A stretch of DNA of 64,000 nt from a virus (lineage: Duplodnaviria > Heunggongvirae > Uroviricota > Caudoviricetes), in the IMG/VR virus record IMGVR_UViG_3300031873_001030. The stretch is one strand, 5' to 3'. The first letter of the stretch is position 1, and each line of letters opens with the position of its first letter. The translations under genes were made by a program, and so were the position numbers. The notes under the pieces were generated by a model, which saw only the letters and a list, made by a program, of their open reading frames with translations, ran no database searches and was not told the DNA's origin. Shown one piece after another: positions 8,794 to 17,742 of the stretch.

Positions 8794-9276
8794 GTGATGA
8801 GTTACGACGAGACAAGTGATTTAGCATATCTGATATTATTCGTCGGTTGTATAATTGGATTGCTCATACTTATCGTTGGCTTAGTCGGATTTTTCAATCT
8901 TGTCCAAGGATTATATTTTTGGGATTGGTTCATACTATTTATCTTGACATTCCTAGCTTCAGAAGTTTTCTTCCTTCTTGTATTCAAGAAAAAACCGACA
9001 GGAAATGTATTCTGGAAGACATTTGGAAATAAGATTTTATCTTGGATGTCAGGTTCGTTGATAATCGCAGAATTTACTTCTTTCTATTATTACATTATTC
9101 TGAACATAATCAGAGATTGGCTTACCGTATTGGAAGTATTGACTACTATAGGAAAAATAATTGGAATAGGTGTGATGATTGCATCACTTATTGCTTTTTA
9201 CGTATGGTTCAACACTTTGAGATATAAAAATATCAAAGAACCTAAAGGGAAACTTAAAAAAGTATACAAGAGGTGA
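8794..9276 (+). CDS. integral membrane protein (160 aa, about 4 TM helices)
   Basis: Four long hydrophobic segments. Confidence 0.45.
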   Translation: MMSYDETSDLAYLILFVGCIIGLLILIVGLVGFFNLVQGLYFWDWFILFILTFLASEVFFLLVFKKKPTGNVFWKTFGNKILSWMSGSLIIAEFTSFYYYIILNIIRDWLTVLEVLTTIGKIIGIGVMIASLIAFYVWFNTLRYKNIKEPKGKLKKVYKR

Positions 9277-9280
9277 TTAG

Positions 9281-9608
9281 TTTCTGATAATTACTCAGAC
9301 ATTCACATTCGGACATAGTGAAAATCTTCTGGCAAGGATATTCTCCTCAAGCACAACACTTGCAAGATGCACATTTGTTTTCAATGAAAGACGCATAATA
9401 GAATATTATATCCGTGAAGAATGGGGTGGAAAAATTGCTGATACAAAAACTATTAATGGTTTCATAGACAGATTATGTAGAGACACCACGCATGAATTTG
9501 TTCATGCTCTTGGAAATTGCCATGTGGAATGGGTACCAAAGATGATGGATAGATGGATGAAAAAACGAATCATATATGCACATTCTGTGGGACAAAGGAA
9601 GGACCTAT
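9281..9608 (+). CDS. possible gene with a non-ATG start (or pseudogene) carrying a HExxHxxGxxH metzincin-type motif
   Basis: About 109 sense codons open from the TAG at 9278-9280 to the TGA at 9606-9608; contains HEFVHALGNCH; no in-frame ATG until codon 88, so absent from the ATG-based track. Confidence 0.25.
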
Positions 9609-9702
9609 GATACAGTTTGACTATGACGACTGGGAATGTGAAAAATGCCATAGGATGGGAAGACACATATCACGTAAATAAATATGAATATCAAAATCAG
9701 AA

Positions 9703-10209
9703 TTGAAATATATGGAAGGATATAGTGTAAAGATTGGAAAGTGTTGTAATTGTAAAAAGGATATAACTAAAATGGGATTGAAAATAATAAAAGCAGAAGT
9801 TTTCACGAAAGAAGTATTTGACAAGATAATGAAAGGTGATTATATCGAAAATGCTAAGAAAGAGTATGAAAGCTTTTCCAATCAAAATCAGAGAAAAGGC
9901 CAATGGTTGTGGAATAAAATATGGGATAAAGTAGTTGATAAAGCAAAGAGACCAGAGAGTGAAAAAGATATTCTTGAAAATGAACAATTAGTTTCACATC
10001 ATCTATGGACTATGAAAGATTCTGAATTTGATGAGATGATGTCAAAGAGGGTAGATTGTTCTAAAATCTTGAAACTGATTGACGAATTTAGTAAAAAGTT
10101 TGATGTTAAGACTTTAGAATTATGTGGAGAAACTATAGAATATATTCCTATAACAATTGCAGACTGGAACAACTTTAAGGAAAAACTCAAGCAAGAGATT
10201 TTGAAATGA
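9703..10209 (+). CDS. hypothetical protein (168 aa)
   Basis: ORF track; no recognised motif. Confidence 0.4.
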   Translation: MKYMEGYSVKIGKCCNCKKDITKMGLKIIKAEVFTKEVFDKIMKGDYIENAKKEYESFSNQNQRKGQWLWNKIWDKVVDKAKRPESEKDILENEQLVSHHLWTMKDSEFDEMMSKRVDCSKILKLIDEFSKKFDVKTLELCGETIEYIPITIADWNNFKEKLKQEILK

Positions 10210-10332
10210 TGATAACAACAGCAATATTCATATTACTGAAACTTTTTGTAGAGAATAATAGTGTATCTTGGTGGTGGATGTTACTTTTCATACTCTTTGA
10301 TTTGATGATGGTTCTTACTATCAGAGTAGATT

Positions 10333-10524
10333 TTGGAAGATGAAATTATGAGTTATAAATGTGAAAATTGTAAAGGAACAGTTCCAAACTGTATGCCACA
10401 AATAAAGATAATTGTAGAAAAGAGAGATAAGACATATCCGAATGGAAGCATTGGTTGGGAAACAGTCAAAGAGAAAGTATTGTGCAGTTCATGCAATAAG
10501 GATAAAGAGGTCAAAAAATCATAG
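10333..10524 (+). CDS. small zinc-ribbon protein (63 aa)
   Basis: CENCKG...CSSCNK motif pairs. Confidence 0.3.
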   Translation: MEDEIMSYKCENCKGTVPNCMPQIKIIVEKRDKTYPNGSIGWETVKEKVLCSSCNKDKEVKKS

Positions 10525-10649
10525 ATTTCAATCAGATAATTGACAAGTATCTGGATAGGGAAAGGAGAGAAAGAAAGATAGGGGAATATTATGTTAGCGA
10601 GATTCCATATTGTTTAAGATTAACTTGGTTTAGATTCAAACAGCCTAAA

Positions 10650-11186
10650 GTGACATCCAAAAAAACACTCAGGCTATTCGAGAGGGGCAATGTGATTCAT
10701 CAATTCATATCAAAAGTCCTATTGAGTTCGGAAGCAGTAAGGGAAGTAAAAAGTGAACAGTCACTAAGGATACCAAGGATATCTGACAACCCTAAGGAAA
10801 ATTTTCTAATCACAGGCAGATTTGATAACTTTATTGAATTAGTAGAAGGGGAAAATGTGCTGATTGAAGTGAAGACGACAAGAAATCTGGATTATCAGAA
10901 ATCAGCTTCATTGCATCATATCATGCAACTGACACCATATCTTTTATACAAGCAAGGTCTGAAAGGTGCCATATTGTATATAGACATGAACTTCCAGACA
11001 AAAGTATTTGAAGTGATTTATGACCCTAAATTGATGCTGGAAATAATGAAAAGGGCAGAAAATTTGCATATGTATTTAGTGGAAGACAAAATGCCGCTAC
11101 CAGAAGCCAAAGACATACCAGAAAAAAATTGGGAATGCAAATACATATGCAATTATAAAGAGGAATGTGATAAATGTGTTACCTAA
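10650..11186 (+). CDS. PD-(D/E)xK nuclease, Cas4/RecB-like, with C-terminal Cys cluster
   Basis: GRFDNF...IEVK (D...ExK) followed by QxxxY-like LYKQ; C-terminal CKYICNYKEECDKC cluster as in Fe-S Cas4-type nucleases. Confidence 0.4.
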   Translation: MTSKKTLRLFERGNVIHQFISKVLLSSEAVREVKSEQSLRIPRISDNPKENFLITGRFDNFIELVEGENVLIEVKTTRNLDYQKSASLHHIMQLTPYLLYKQGLKGAILYIDMNFQTKVFEVIYDPKLMLEIMKRAENLHMYLVEDKMPLPEAKDIPEKNWECKYICNYKEECDKCVT

Positions 11187-12039
11187 AGTCACATTTGCAG
11201 TCTGCGCATACAATGAGGAAAAGATTATCGCAGAATGTCTGAGACACATAAAGAACGTCGATTATCCTAACAAGGAGATAATAGTCGGAAGCGATGGGAC
11301 TGACAGGACAACTGAGATAGCACAAAATATTGGTGGTGTGGAAGTCATATCATCTGGAGAGAGGCTTGGAAAGACTCAGATGCTGATGAAGATAATAGAG
11401 CAAGCCAAAGGAGATATAATAATCATAAATGATGCTGAATTTTTCCTATTTCCAAATGACGCTGTCTACAAGATTGTAGAAAGTTTTGAGAACGAAAGGA
11501 TAGGAGGATTGTCATTTGGCTCTTCAGCTCCTCATGAGATTGACTTCACAAATTGGTGGGGACTCGTGGAACACGTGATACAGGACATATTCAGATATCA
11601 TAGGATGAAAAAGAACCCACTCACGTCATTGAAAGATGCTAATTTTATCATCGTAGCAAATGCTTTCAGAAAGGATATCATAACAAAGCTTGAGACGATA
11701 AATGATGATGCTGAGATAGGATATCAATTACTGTCTAAAAATCATTATCTGCTATATGTCCCTTCAGTCAGTTTCTATACACCTGGAGGTTCTGCAAAGA
11801 ACATAAAGGATAATATAAACCAGAGGTCAAGGACTGCAGTAGGATGGATACAGATAGGAAAGTTGTATAAGATAAACTTCTTGAGATTCTATATAATCTC
11901 TTTCTGGATGATTGTCAAACTGATATTCAGCCTGATAATCTGGACTGGAGTATTCATATTCAGCTACCTGAAAGGAAGATTCCTCTACATCATAGGCAGA
12001 AGGTCTTCAAAGCAAGTATGGACAAAGGTAAGAAGATGA
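11167..12039 (+). CDS. family-2 (GT-A fold) glycosyltransferase with C-terminal TM helices
   Basis: N-terminal FAVCAYNEE...SDGTDRT pattern typical of GT2; hydrophobic C-terminus. Confidence 0.55.
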   Translation: MINVLPKVTFAVCAYNEEKIIAECLRHIKNVDYPNKEIIVGSDGTDRTTEIAQNIGGVEVISSGERLGKTQMLMKIIEQAKGDIIIINDAEFFLFPNDAVYKIVESFENERIGGLSFGSSAPHEIDFTNWWGLVEHVIQDIFRYHRMKKNPLTSLKDANFIIVANAFRKDIITKLETINDDAEIGYQLLSKNHYLLYVPSVSFYTPGGSAKNIKDNINQRSRTAVGWIQIGKLYKINFLRFYIISFWMIVKLIFSLIIWTGVFIFSYLKGRFLYIIGRRSSKQVWTKVRR

Positions 12040-12374
12040 GAAAAAAATTCAATTATGAAAACTATTACAAGAAATATTATGAAAGTCATAAGGATAAGCA
12101 CTTGTATTATGTCAATGAATGGAAGAAGAAGCATAAAGATAGTGTAAGAATTTATTCCAAACGTTATTCCAAAAGTTGGAGATTGAGAAACAAAGAAAGA
12201 TTGAAGAAAACTTCAAAAAGATATTATGACAGGCATATCAGAAGTTCTTGGTTCGATAGGATATTTGGTTTCAAATGCAAAGTATGCGGCAAGAGATATA
12301 AAGATAAAAAGGCTTTGGGTGGGCATACCACATATTGTAAAAGAAAAAGGATTGAACTTATTAACATATGTTAA
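12018..12374 (+). CDS. basic K/R/Y-rich protein with C-terminal C2H2-like zinc finger
   Basis: CKVCGKRYKDKKALGGH motif; N-terminal composition similar to the HNH protein N-terminus. Confidence 0.4.
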   Translation: MDKGKKMRKKFNYENYYKKYYESHKDKHLYYVNEWKKKHKDSVRIYSKRYSKSWRLRNKERLKKTSKRYYDRHIRSSWFDRIFGFKCKVCGKRYKDKKALGGHTTYCKRKRIELINIC

Positions 12375-12411
12375 AAAGATTGCATGCAGATAACTTCTTA
12401 ACATATGTTAA
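12361..12411. repeat. pair of palindrome cores (12361-12374, 12398-12411) with a 23-nt spacer
   Basis: Read in sequence; overlap the stop of 12018-12374 and the annotated ATG of 12405. Confidence 0.9.
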
Positions 12412-12995
12412 TTGCTCGGAAATTCCGAAAAGCAGAAGGTAATGACATGGACCCATTGTGGAACAAGAAATTAGAGATAATAAAGAAGCATGGTATAGAC
12501 AATGCTATTTTGGATTTAGGATGCAACATAGGTGACTTCTCCTCATATTTCGTGAGAAATGGATATGATGTGACTGGCGTCGACATAGACAATGAAAATT
12601 TGCTCATAGCAAACAGCAGAGGGATACATACGAAAAAATGCAATCTGAATCTGAAATTGCCTATGAAAAGCAATTCATATCCTACCATCTTCGCATTGGA
12701 GATAATAGAGCATCTCATCAATCCAGACAATGTCATAAAGGAAGCGCATAGACTGCTCAAAGATGGCGGGAAGTTTTATGTGTCAGTCCCATACTTCGGA
12801 CTAGTAAAAAGAACAGCGATATCGCTGTTCTTTTTTGATGATGTCTTTCTATATAATGGTCCGCATATAAGATTTTTCTCTGAAAAATCTTTCCGTAATA
12901 TATTGACAAAAAATGGATTCAAGATTCTCAAGATTTATAAACTTGGAAGATTCTATCCAGTCTATATGGACATGCTTGCCGTATGCTCTAAATAA
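12405..12995 (+). CDS. class I SAM-dependent methyltransferase (paralog 1; true start possibly 12447)
   Basis: Motif I ILDLGCNIGDF; shared paralog motif KLPMKSNSYP; EIIEHL...LLKDGGKFYVSVP. Confidence 0.6.
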   Translation: MLIARKFRKAEGNDMDPLWNKKLEIIKKHGIDNAILDLGCNIGDFSSYFVRNGYDVTGVDIDNENLLIANSRGIHTKKCNLNLKLPMKSNSYPTIFALEIIEHLINPDNVIKEAHRLLKDGGKFYVSVPYFGLVKRTAISLFFFDDVFLYNGPHIRFFSEKSFRNILTKNGFKILKIYKLGRFYPVYMDMLAVCSK

Positions 12996-13353
12996 GCAAT
13001 ATGCCTACTACAATCAATAACGAAAGCATTACGAAATTTATAAATCTCGAAGAATCAAATGAGATATTCTTCCCATTATACCAAAGGAATACAAAAGGTG
13101 ACATCCAGAAAAAATGTTTGTGCTTCAGTATGAACAGAGTATCTTCAAGAGTAAATTTGCTATGCCTCAAATCTTCTTTATAATCCTTTATGAAACTTTT
13201 TTCTACCAGATGCTTTTCCTCATGCTTTCTGAGCCTTAAGAACAAGCTTCTATTTTTTTTTAGAAATGGTTCCATGTAGATATTGCCATCTTCGACATAG
13301 GCTATGTTGAACGGGTCAAGCTTCTTATAGATAATCTGGTATTTCAAAGTCAT
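12988..13353 (-). CDS. hypothetical protein (121 aa)
   Basis: ORF track; begins the minus-strand block. Confidence 0.35.
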   Translation of the reverse strand: MTLKYQIIYKKLDPFNIAYVEDGNIYMEPFLKKNRSLFLRLRKHEEKHLVEKSFIKDYKEDLRHSKFTLEDTLFILKHKHFFWMSPFVFLWYNGKNISFDSSRFINFVMLSLLIVVGILLI

Positions 13354-13583
13354 TTATCATCATCAGAATCTTTTGTAAACAGAATTCCCAGATATTTCAA
13401 TCTATCTTCCTCTATTCTTTCAAATCTCAATCTTGTATTTCCAAGCCTGTATACTTCATGGTTGGTGCTATAGTTGTAAAACATGAACCTCAATTGGAAT
13501 TGTTCCAAATCTTTTTTCCCATATAATCTTCCTATCTCAAGTTCATTGTCATCCATCATTTCCTTTCTCCTATACATGAGCAA
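13350..13583 (-). CDS. hypothetical protein (77 aa)
   Basis: ORF track; 4-nt overlap with the downstream gene. Confidence 0.3.
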   Translation of the reverse strand: MLMYRRKEMMDDNELEIGRLYGKKDLEQFQLRFMFYNYSTNHEVYRLGNTRLRFERIEEDRLKYLGILFTKDSDDDK

Positions 13584-13723
13584 TTTTCACAAATCCAATA
13601 CATTGAATTTTTCATTTTGTCATGCCTTATTTTTATGCATTTATTTATGCAGGCAGACTTCCCACAGATGACACATGCTGCCAAAGCTGTCCTTTCGGCT
13701 CTACATATTTCACATGCCATTTA

Positions 13724-14488
13724 TTATCCTTTCCAATTATAATAATTTTTGCAATCATCTTTTGATTCGCACTGTTGGCATGATGTATCATCCTTATCAA
13801 AAAGTGTGAAGCAGTCATGAAAAGGTGGTCTCTTTATTATTTTTTTATTGCCCATGAACAATCCTAATTCGACCAATCTATCTGAACATTCGCTATCTTT
13901 AGCAGATATCACTTCTTCTAATTTGATTTTAAATAGCGCTAGCAAGACCATCGCTTGTCCTCTTTCTTTGCTCTCTCCTTTTGGAAAGTGCTTGTCCAGT
14001 TCATCAATAAGTTCTTCTATTACATTTGCAGACAAGATTTCAGAACAAGGATGCTGTTCTGTCCCTCTTGTTTTACAGGATGAATTGTTTGGGTTATCTG
14101 ACTTGCCTTTCAAAAAATTATTACGAACCTTTTTGAAATCATTAATCTCACCTTCAAGAGCTATGCCTCCGCTCCAATGTAATTGCTTCAGTTTTCTCAT
14201 GTTTTCCAATCTCTTGATTTCACTGTCCAGAATCTTAATTACATTGTCTTTTGCAATTCTTTTTTCATATCTGCTTGGATTGAATGAACACTTTTCCCAG
14301 CTCCTTACTTTCCCATCATTATATTCTCCATCCTCAGAAGTTCCGCATATCAAATCACAATGCAGGGCGACTAATCCCAAATCATTATCAGCATGTTTGC
14401 AACTGCCACAAGTCATCAGTTCTTCTTTGTTGCAACTTTTTATTATTATTTTTTTCATATTCATTTTCATTTTTTCATCTTCTGTCAT
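13724..14488 (-). CDS. Cys-rich hypothetical protein (254 aa)
   Basis: Multiple Cys clusters (CGSCKH...HCDLICG; C-terminal CQQCESKDDC). Confidence 0.45.
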   Translation of the reverse strand: MTEDEKMKMNMKKIIIKSCNKEELMTCGSCKHADNDLGLVALHCDLICGTSEDGEYNDGKVRSWEKCSFNPSRYEKRIAKDNVIKILDSEIKRLENMRKLKQLHWSGGIALEGEINDFKKVRNNFLKGKSDNPNNSSCKTRGTEQHPCSEILSANVIEELIDELDKHFPKGESKERGQAMVLLALFKIKLEEVISAKDSECSDRLVELGLFMGNKKIIKRPPFHDCFTLFDKDDTSCQQCESKDDCKNYYNWKG

Positions 14489-14822
14489 ATTTCACTACAA
14501 CAACTGTTTTGTTTTTCATAACGGCAGTAGCGATAGTATGTGCTGTTCCATAACTCCAACCATCCCAGAACGCAATGACAATATTTGAATCATTTACCAT
14601 TTCAATATTCCTTTTGAGATAATTGCCACTATCAGCAGGGAAATGTTCTATTTCAATATTATTCTCTCTTGCATATTCTTCTGCATATTCGTCAGCACTA
14701 TTCTTACAACAACCTTCAATAATTATGTCATCTTTATGCAAATGACATTTCAATGTATCAAATACTAATTCCTTATAAGATTCTTTCGTTCTTGTTCCAC
14801 ATATCAAGACTTTATTCATCAT
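14475..14822 (-). CDS. DUF2493/SLOG-family (DprA-like Rossmann) protein
   Basis: LICGTR...IIEGCCKNSADEYAEEYA...FPADSGNY...VIAFWDGWSYGTAHTIATA matches the phage-associated SLOG pattern. Confidence 0.4.
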   Translation of the reverse strand: MMNKVLICGTRTKESYKELVFDTLKCHLHKDDIIIEGCCKNSADEYAEEYARENNIEIEHFPADSGNYLKRNIEMVNDSNIVIAFWDGWSYGTAHTIATAVMKNKTVVVVKYDRR

Positions 14823-15055
14823 TTCACCTTTCTTTTTTTCTTATTCAAAGGCATCAAGTCATTCGTACCAATAGCAAAATAACCCATCTTTATCATAGGC
14901 GTGCTGTCTCGCAATATCTTTTTGGGATTATTCTTGTCAGCATAGATTGTAGTATTTCCAAATTGCCCTACTATCATGTCTTCACTTTCAAATGTCTCTA
15001 TCCTTGTATTTTTCACCCTCTCTATGAAATCCTTTAATTCTAATTTTATATCCAA
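14819..15055 (-). CDS. hypothetical protein (78 aa)
   Basis: ORF track; overlaps neighbours by 4 nt. Confidence 0.3.
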   Translation of the reverse strand: MDIKLELKDFIERVKNTRIETFESEDMIVGQFGNTTIYADKNNPKKILRDSTPMIKMGYFAIGTNDLMPLNKKKRKVK

Positions 15056-15059
15056 ATCA

Positions 15060-15419
15060 TTACCTCTTTAATTTCTTTTTTCGAAAGAAGGCATTGTCAT
15101 AAGTGCAATTCCATTCTGGTTTTCCAACGAGATAAAATCGTTCCTTGCTCAACTTGCCTCTTTTATATTTCTTCTTTTCAATCTTTCCGTAATGATAGCA
15201 TTTGCCTTCATCAAGGACATCATTGACCACATGCCAGAATTTCCTGAACATCAGATTTGCAGGCTTGTCCATATAATTAATCTTCAACCAATGCTGCATA
15301 TTCTTGTTCATCATGAAGAATCCCATGTCAAACATGGCTCTCAATTCATCTTCAGATATCGGTATCTGCAACCAATCCATATTTTTGTCATCAACTATGT
15401 TAATCGTCACTCTCTTCAT
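15060..15419 (-). CDS. hypothetical protein (119 aa)
   Basis: ORF track. Confidence 0.35.
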   Translation of the reverse strand: MKRVTINIVDDKNMDWLQIPISEDELRAMFDMGFFMMNKNMQHWLKINYMDKPANLMFRKFWHVVNDVLDEGKCYHYGKIEKKKYKRGKLSKERFYLVGKPEWNCTYDNAFFRKKKLKR

Positions 15420-15682
15420 AAGATATTCGCTCCTAGATTTCCTATGTTGAGTGCAAGTTTTTCACATCGCAGCCCATCATCAGTCACATCTATCACTTTA
15501 TATAATACTCCATTTTTATCCATGATTACTTTTCCGATATAGTTCTGCTTGTTGACTCTCATGTCTTTCAGCACTTCTGAAGTTATCGAACTCATGTCAA
15601 GAAATCCTCTTATATCATTTTTTTCTGTCCTTGCTCCAAAAATAATCCTTATGTCTCCCATATCATTCATCCTCCAACTCAT
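15416..15682 (-). CDS. hypothetical protein (88 aa)
   Basis: ORF track; 4-nt overlap coupling. Confidence 0.3.
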   Translation of the reverse strand: MSWRMNDMGDIRIIFGARTEKNDIRGFLDMSSITSEVLKDMRVNKQNYIGKVIMDKNGVLYKVIDVTDDGLRCEKLALNIGNLGANIL

Positions 15683-15765
15683 TCAAATCCTTGTCAAATT
15701 CATATATGGCATTCTCATCTTCTGGCATGCACCATTTTTTCAAGAACTTTTTTAATTTCATTTAA

Positions 15766-15984
15766 TCAACCCTGGCAATAATGTCTTGTTCTCTTCTCAC
15801 CTTTGAAAATCCTTCTCGCTTTCCATATTTCCCGATTCTTGTTTACGACGAAGTTCAGGTATTCGCCATCATTATCCATCTTCTCCAAGTCAGCACAAAG
15901 CATGTTCTCATGATATGGACATGGATAATAGTTTCCTCCGCTTGTCCTGCATCCGCAGGCAAAGTCTGTTCCGATTTGAATCAC
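15766..15984 (-). CDS. small Cys-rich zinc-finger protein (72 aa)
   Basis: CGC...CPYH...C pattern. Confidence 0.3.
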   Translation of the reverse strand: MIQIGTDFACGCRTSGGNYYPCPYHENMLCADLEKMDNDGEYLNFVVNKNREIWKARRIFKGEKRTRHYCQG

Positions 15985-16499
15985 CTAAGCTTTCGTATCT
16001 TGACTTCGATGAATGTCTCGGCATCGAAAAACTTTCCAAACTTCAGAGGAATCCATATTATCTTCCCTCTTTTTCCCATCTGACCCACCTTACATCTAAA
16101 ACTTATTTCATTTATCATAAAATATATTAGTTTCATTAGAATATAAAGTTTTAAATTCAATTATAATACAGCAAATAGAAGTGACAATTATACCAAACCC
16201 AAGTTGAGTCACTGAAATGAGGATTTATAGTTCAATCCAATCTTTACAATTTCCACAGAAGTCTCCACCACTCTTACAGCTTCCATCATAAAAATTTTTA
16301 CAACTACTGCAGCATCTCAAGTTTTAACCTATTTTTAGCTTCTTCTTCCAACTTACATATTTCATTTATCGTATACATCACAATAACCTCCACATCTTCA
16401 ATCTGACAGCGAGTTTATACATATTATGCCAAAACCAACTGCCTTCATTCTTTCTCGCAAACATATATATTCCAACATATGTTATCAATGACATAATTG

Positions 16500-16770
16500 T
16501 AAACCACAGATTACCAGACCATACCCGAACCTATAAGACCACATCACACCTGAGCGAAAAGTGTTAACCATACCACATCAGACTTTATCATGCCTTACCA
16601 GTCCTTAACATATCGTAACTTACCACAACGTAGCATAAATGACAATCCATATCTTACCACACACCAACATATCTTACCAAAACCCACCCTAACCCATCTA
16701 ACCCAATCATAAATATAATCCCTATCTTACCAAATCCCATCACAACGGACCCTACCAAATCAGACCCCGT
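16500..16770 (-). repeat. inverted copy of the (GGTNN)n satellite (reads ACC-rich on +), including the CATAAATGACAA and CATAAATATAATCC punctuation units
   Basis: Reverse complement matches the unit structure of the 5091-7925 array; contains degenerate palindrome TTAACATATCGTAA at 16605-16618. Confidence 0.8.
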
Positions 16771-16868
16771 TAAATAATTATAAGTTTCCCTTTAAAGAAA
16801 CATGGAAGAGGACTTGTTCCTCTTCCCAACCAAATAATACCTTCTTGCCCTCTAAGTCAGTTACTTCT

Positions 16869-17171
16869 TTATCGAATAAAAACGTCGAAAGCTTTTGCCT
16901 TTCGTCCGCTTTTAGTTGAAACTAGACCCTTGAAGACAATTTTCAGTTCCTGACCAATTTTCACTGAACCCATCTGTCTCTCTAAAATCATAGAACCAAA
17001 GACAGTTCTGACTTTTCCAGTGTTGTCTTTGATGTCGTAGACTCTGGACTTACTTCCATCTGGCCTGAAGTAATTTCCATCTCGAATTTGCATGAGAGTT
17101 CCTTCCAGTGAGTCGTCTTCATTTTCGAATCTGAATATTTCTCCACTTGTAGATTGCCAATTTCCTGGCAT
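16869..17171 (-). CDS. hypothetical protein (100 aa)
   Basis: ORF track. Confidence 0.35.
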   Translation of the reverse strand: MPGNWQSTSGEIFRFENEDDSLEGTLMQIRDGNYFRPDGSKSRVYDIKDNTGKVRTVFGSMILERQMGSVKIGQELKIVFKGLVSTKSGRKAKAFDVFIR

Positions 17172-17440
17172 GAATTATCAACTCCATTATTAATTAATAG
17201 AAACTATCAGTCTCTATCTAGATTATTTCATAACTTGGGAATAGTCTAGAATACAGACAAGCTCTTCAGTCTATATAAACATAATTGAAATCTGTGAGAT
17301 AAACTTCAGAAACTTTATCTCATGACTTATATCTTTCAAGATAAAGTTTCCCTGATAGAAAAGAGTATTTATAATCAAACATCAATATAATGACCGATAG
17401 CTTTTTAAAGCTATGCTTTATGTGATAAAGGAGAATAGGA

Positions 17441-17638
17441 ATGATAATAGACTATGGCAAGTTGAAAGGAAAGAAAGTGAAATTGTTATGCGTATTTGAA
17501 GGTCTGAGTCAGACTATCTATTACGATGGCATAATACTAGATTCATCTGAAGTCAATAAGGTTGTGACCATATCAGATAGATTTAGCAAGACAGTTCACA
17601 TTGATATGGATAGTATAAAACAAGTGGTAGAGTTATGA
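17441..17638 (+). CDS. hypothetical small protein (65 aa)
   Basis: ORF with AAGGAGAA upstream. Confidence 0.3.
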   Translation: MIIDYGKLKGKKVKLLCVFEGLSQTIYYDGIILDSSEVNKVVTISDRFSKTVHIDMDSIKQVVEL

Positions 17639-17742
17639 TTGAGAGAAAGAAAGACAGAACAAAGGTGGATAACCATTAGTCCTGCCCTTCATCTGTATAA
17701 GATATTGCTTTTTCTAGTATATAAGTCTTACTTGGTGGTATT

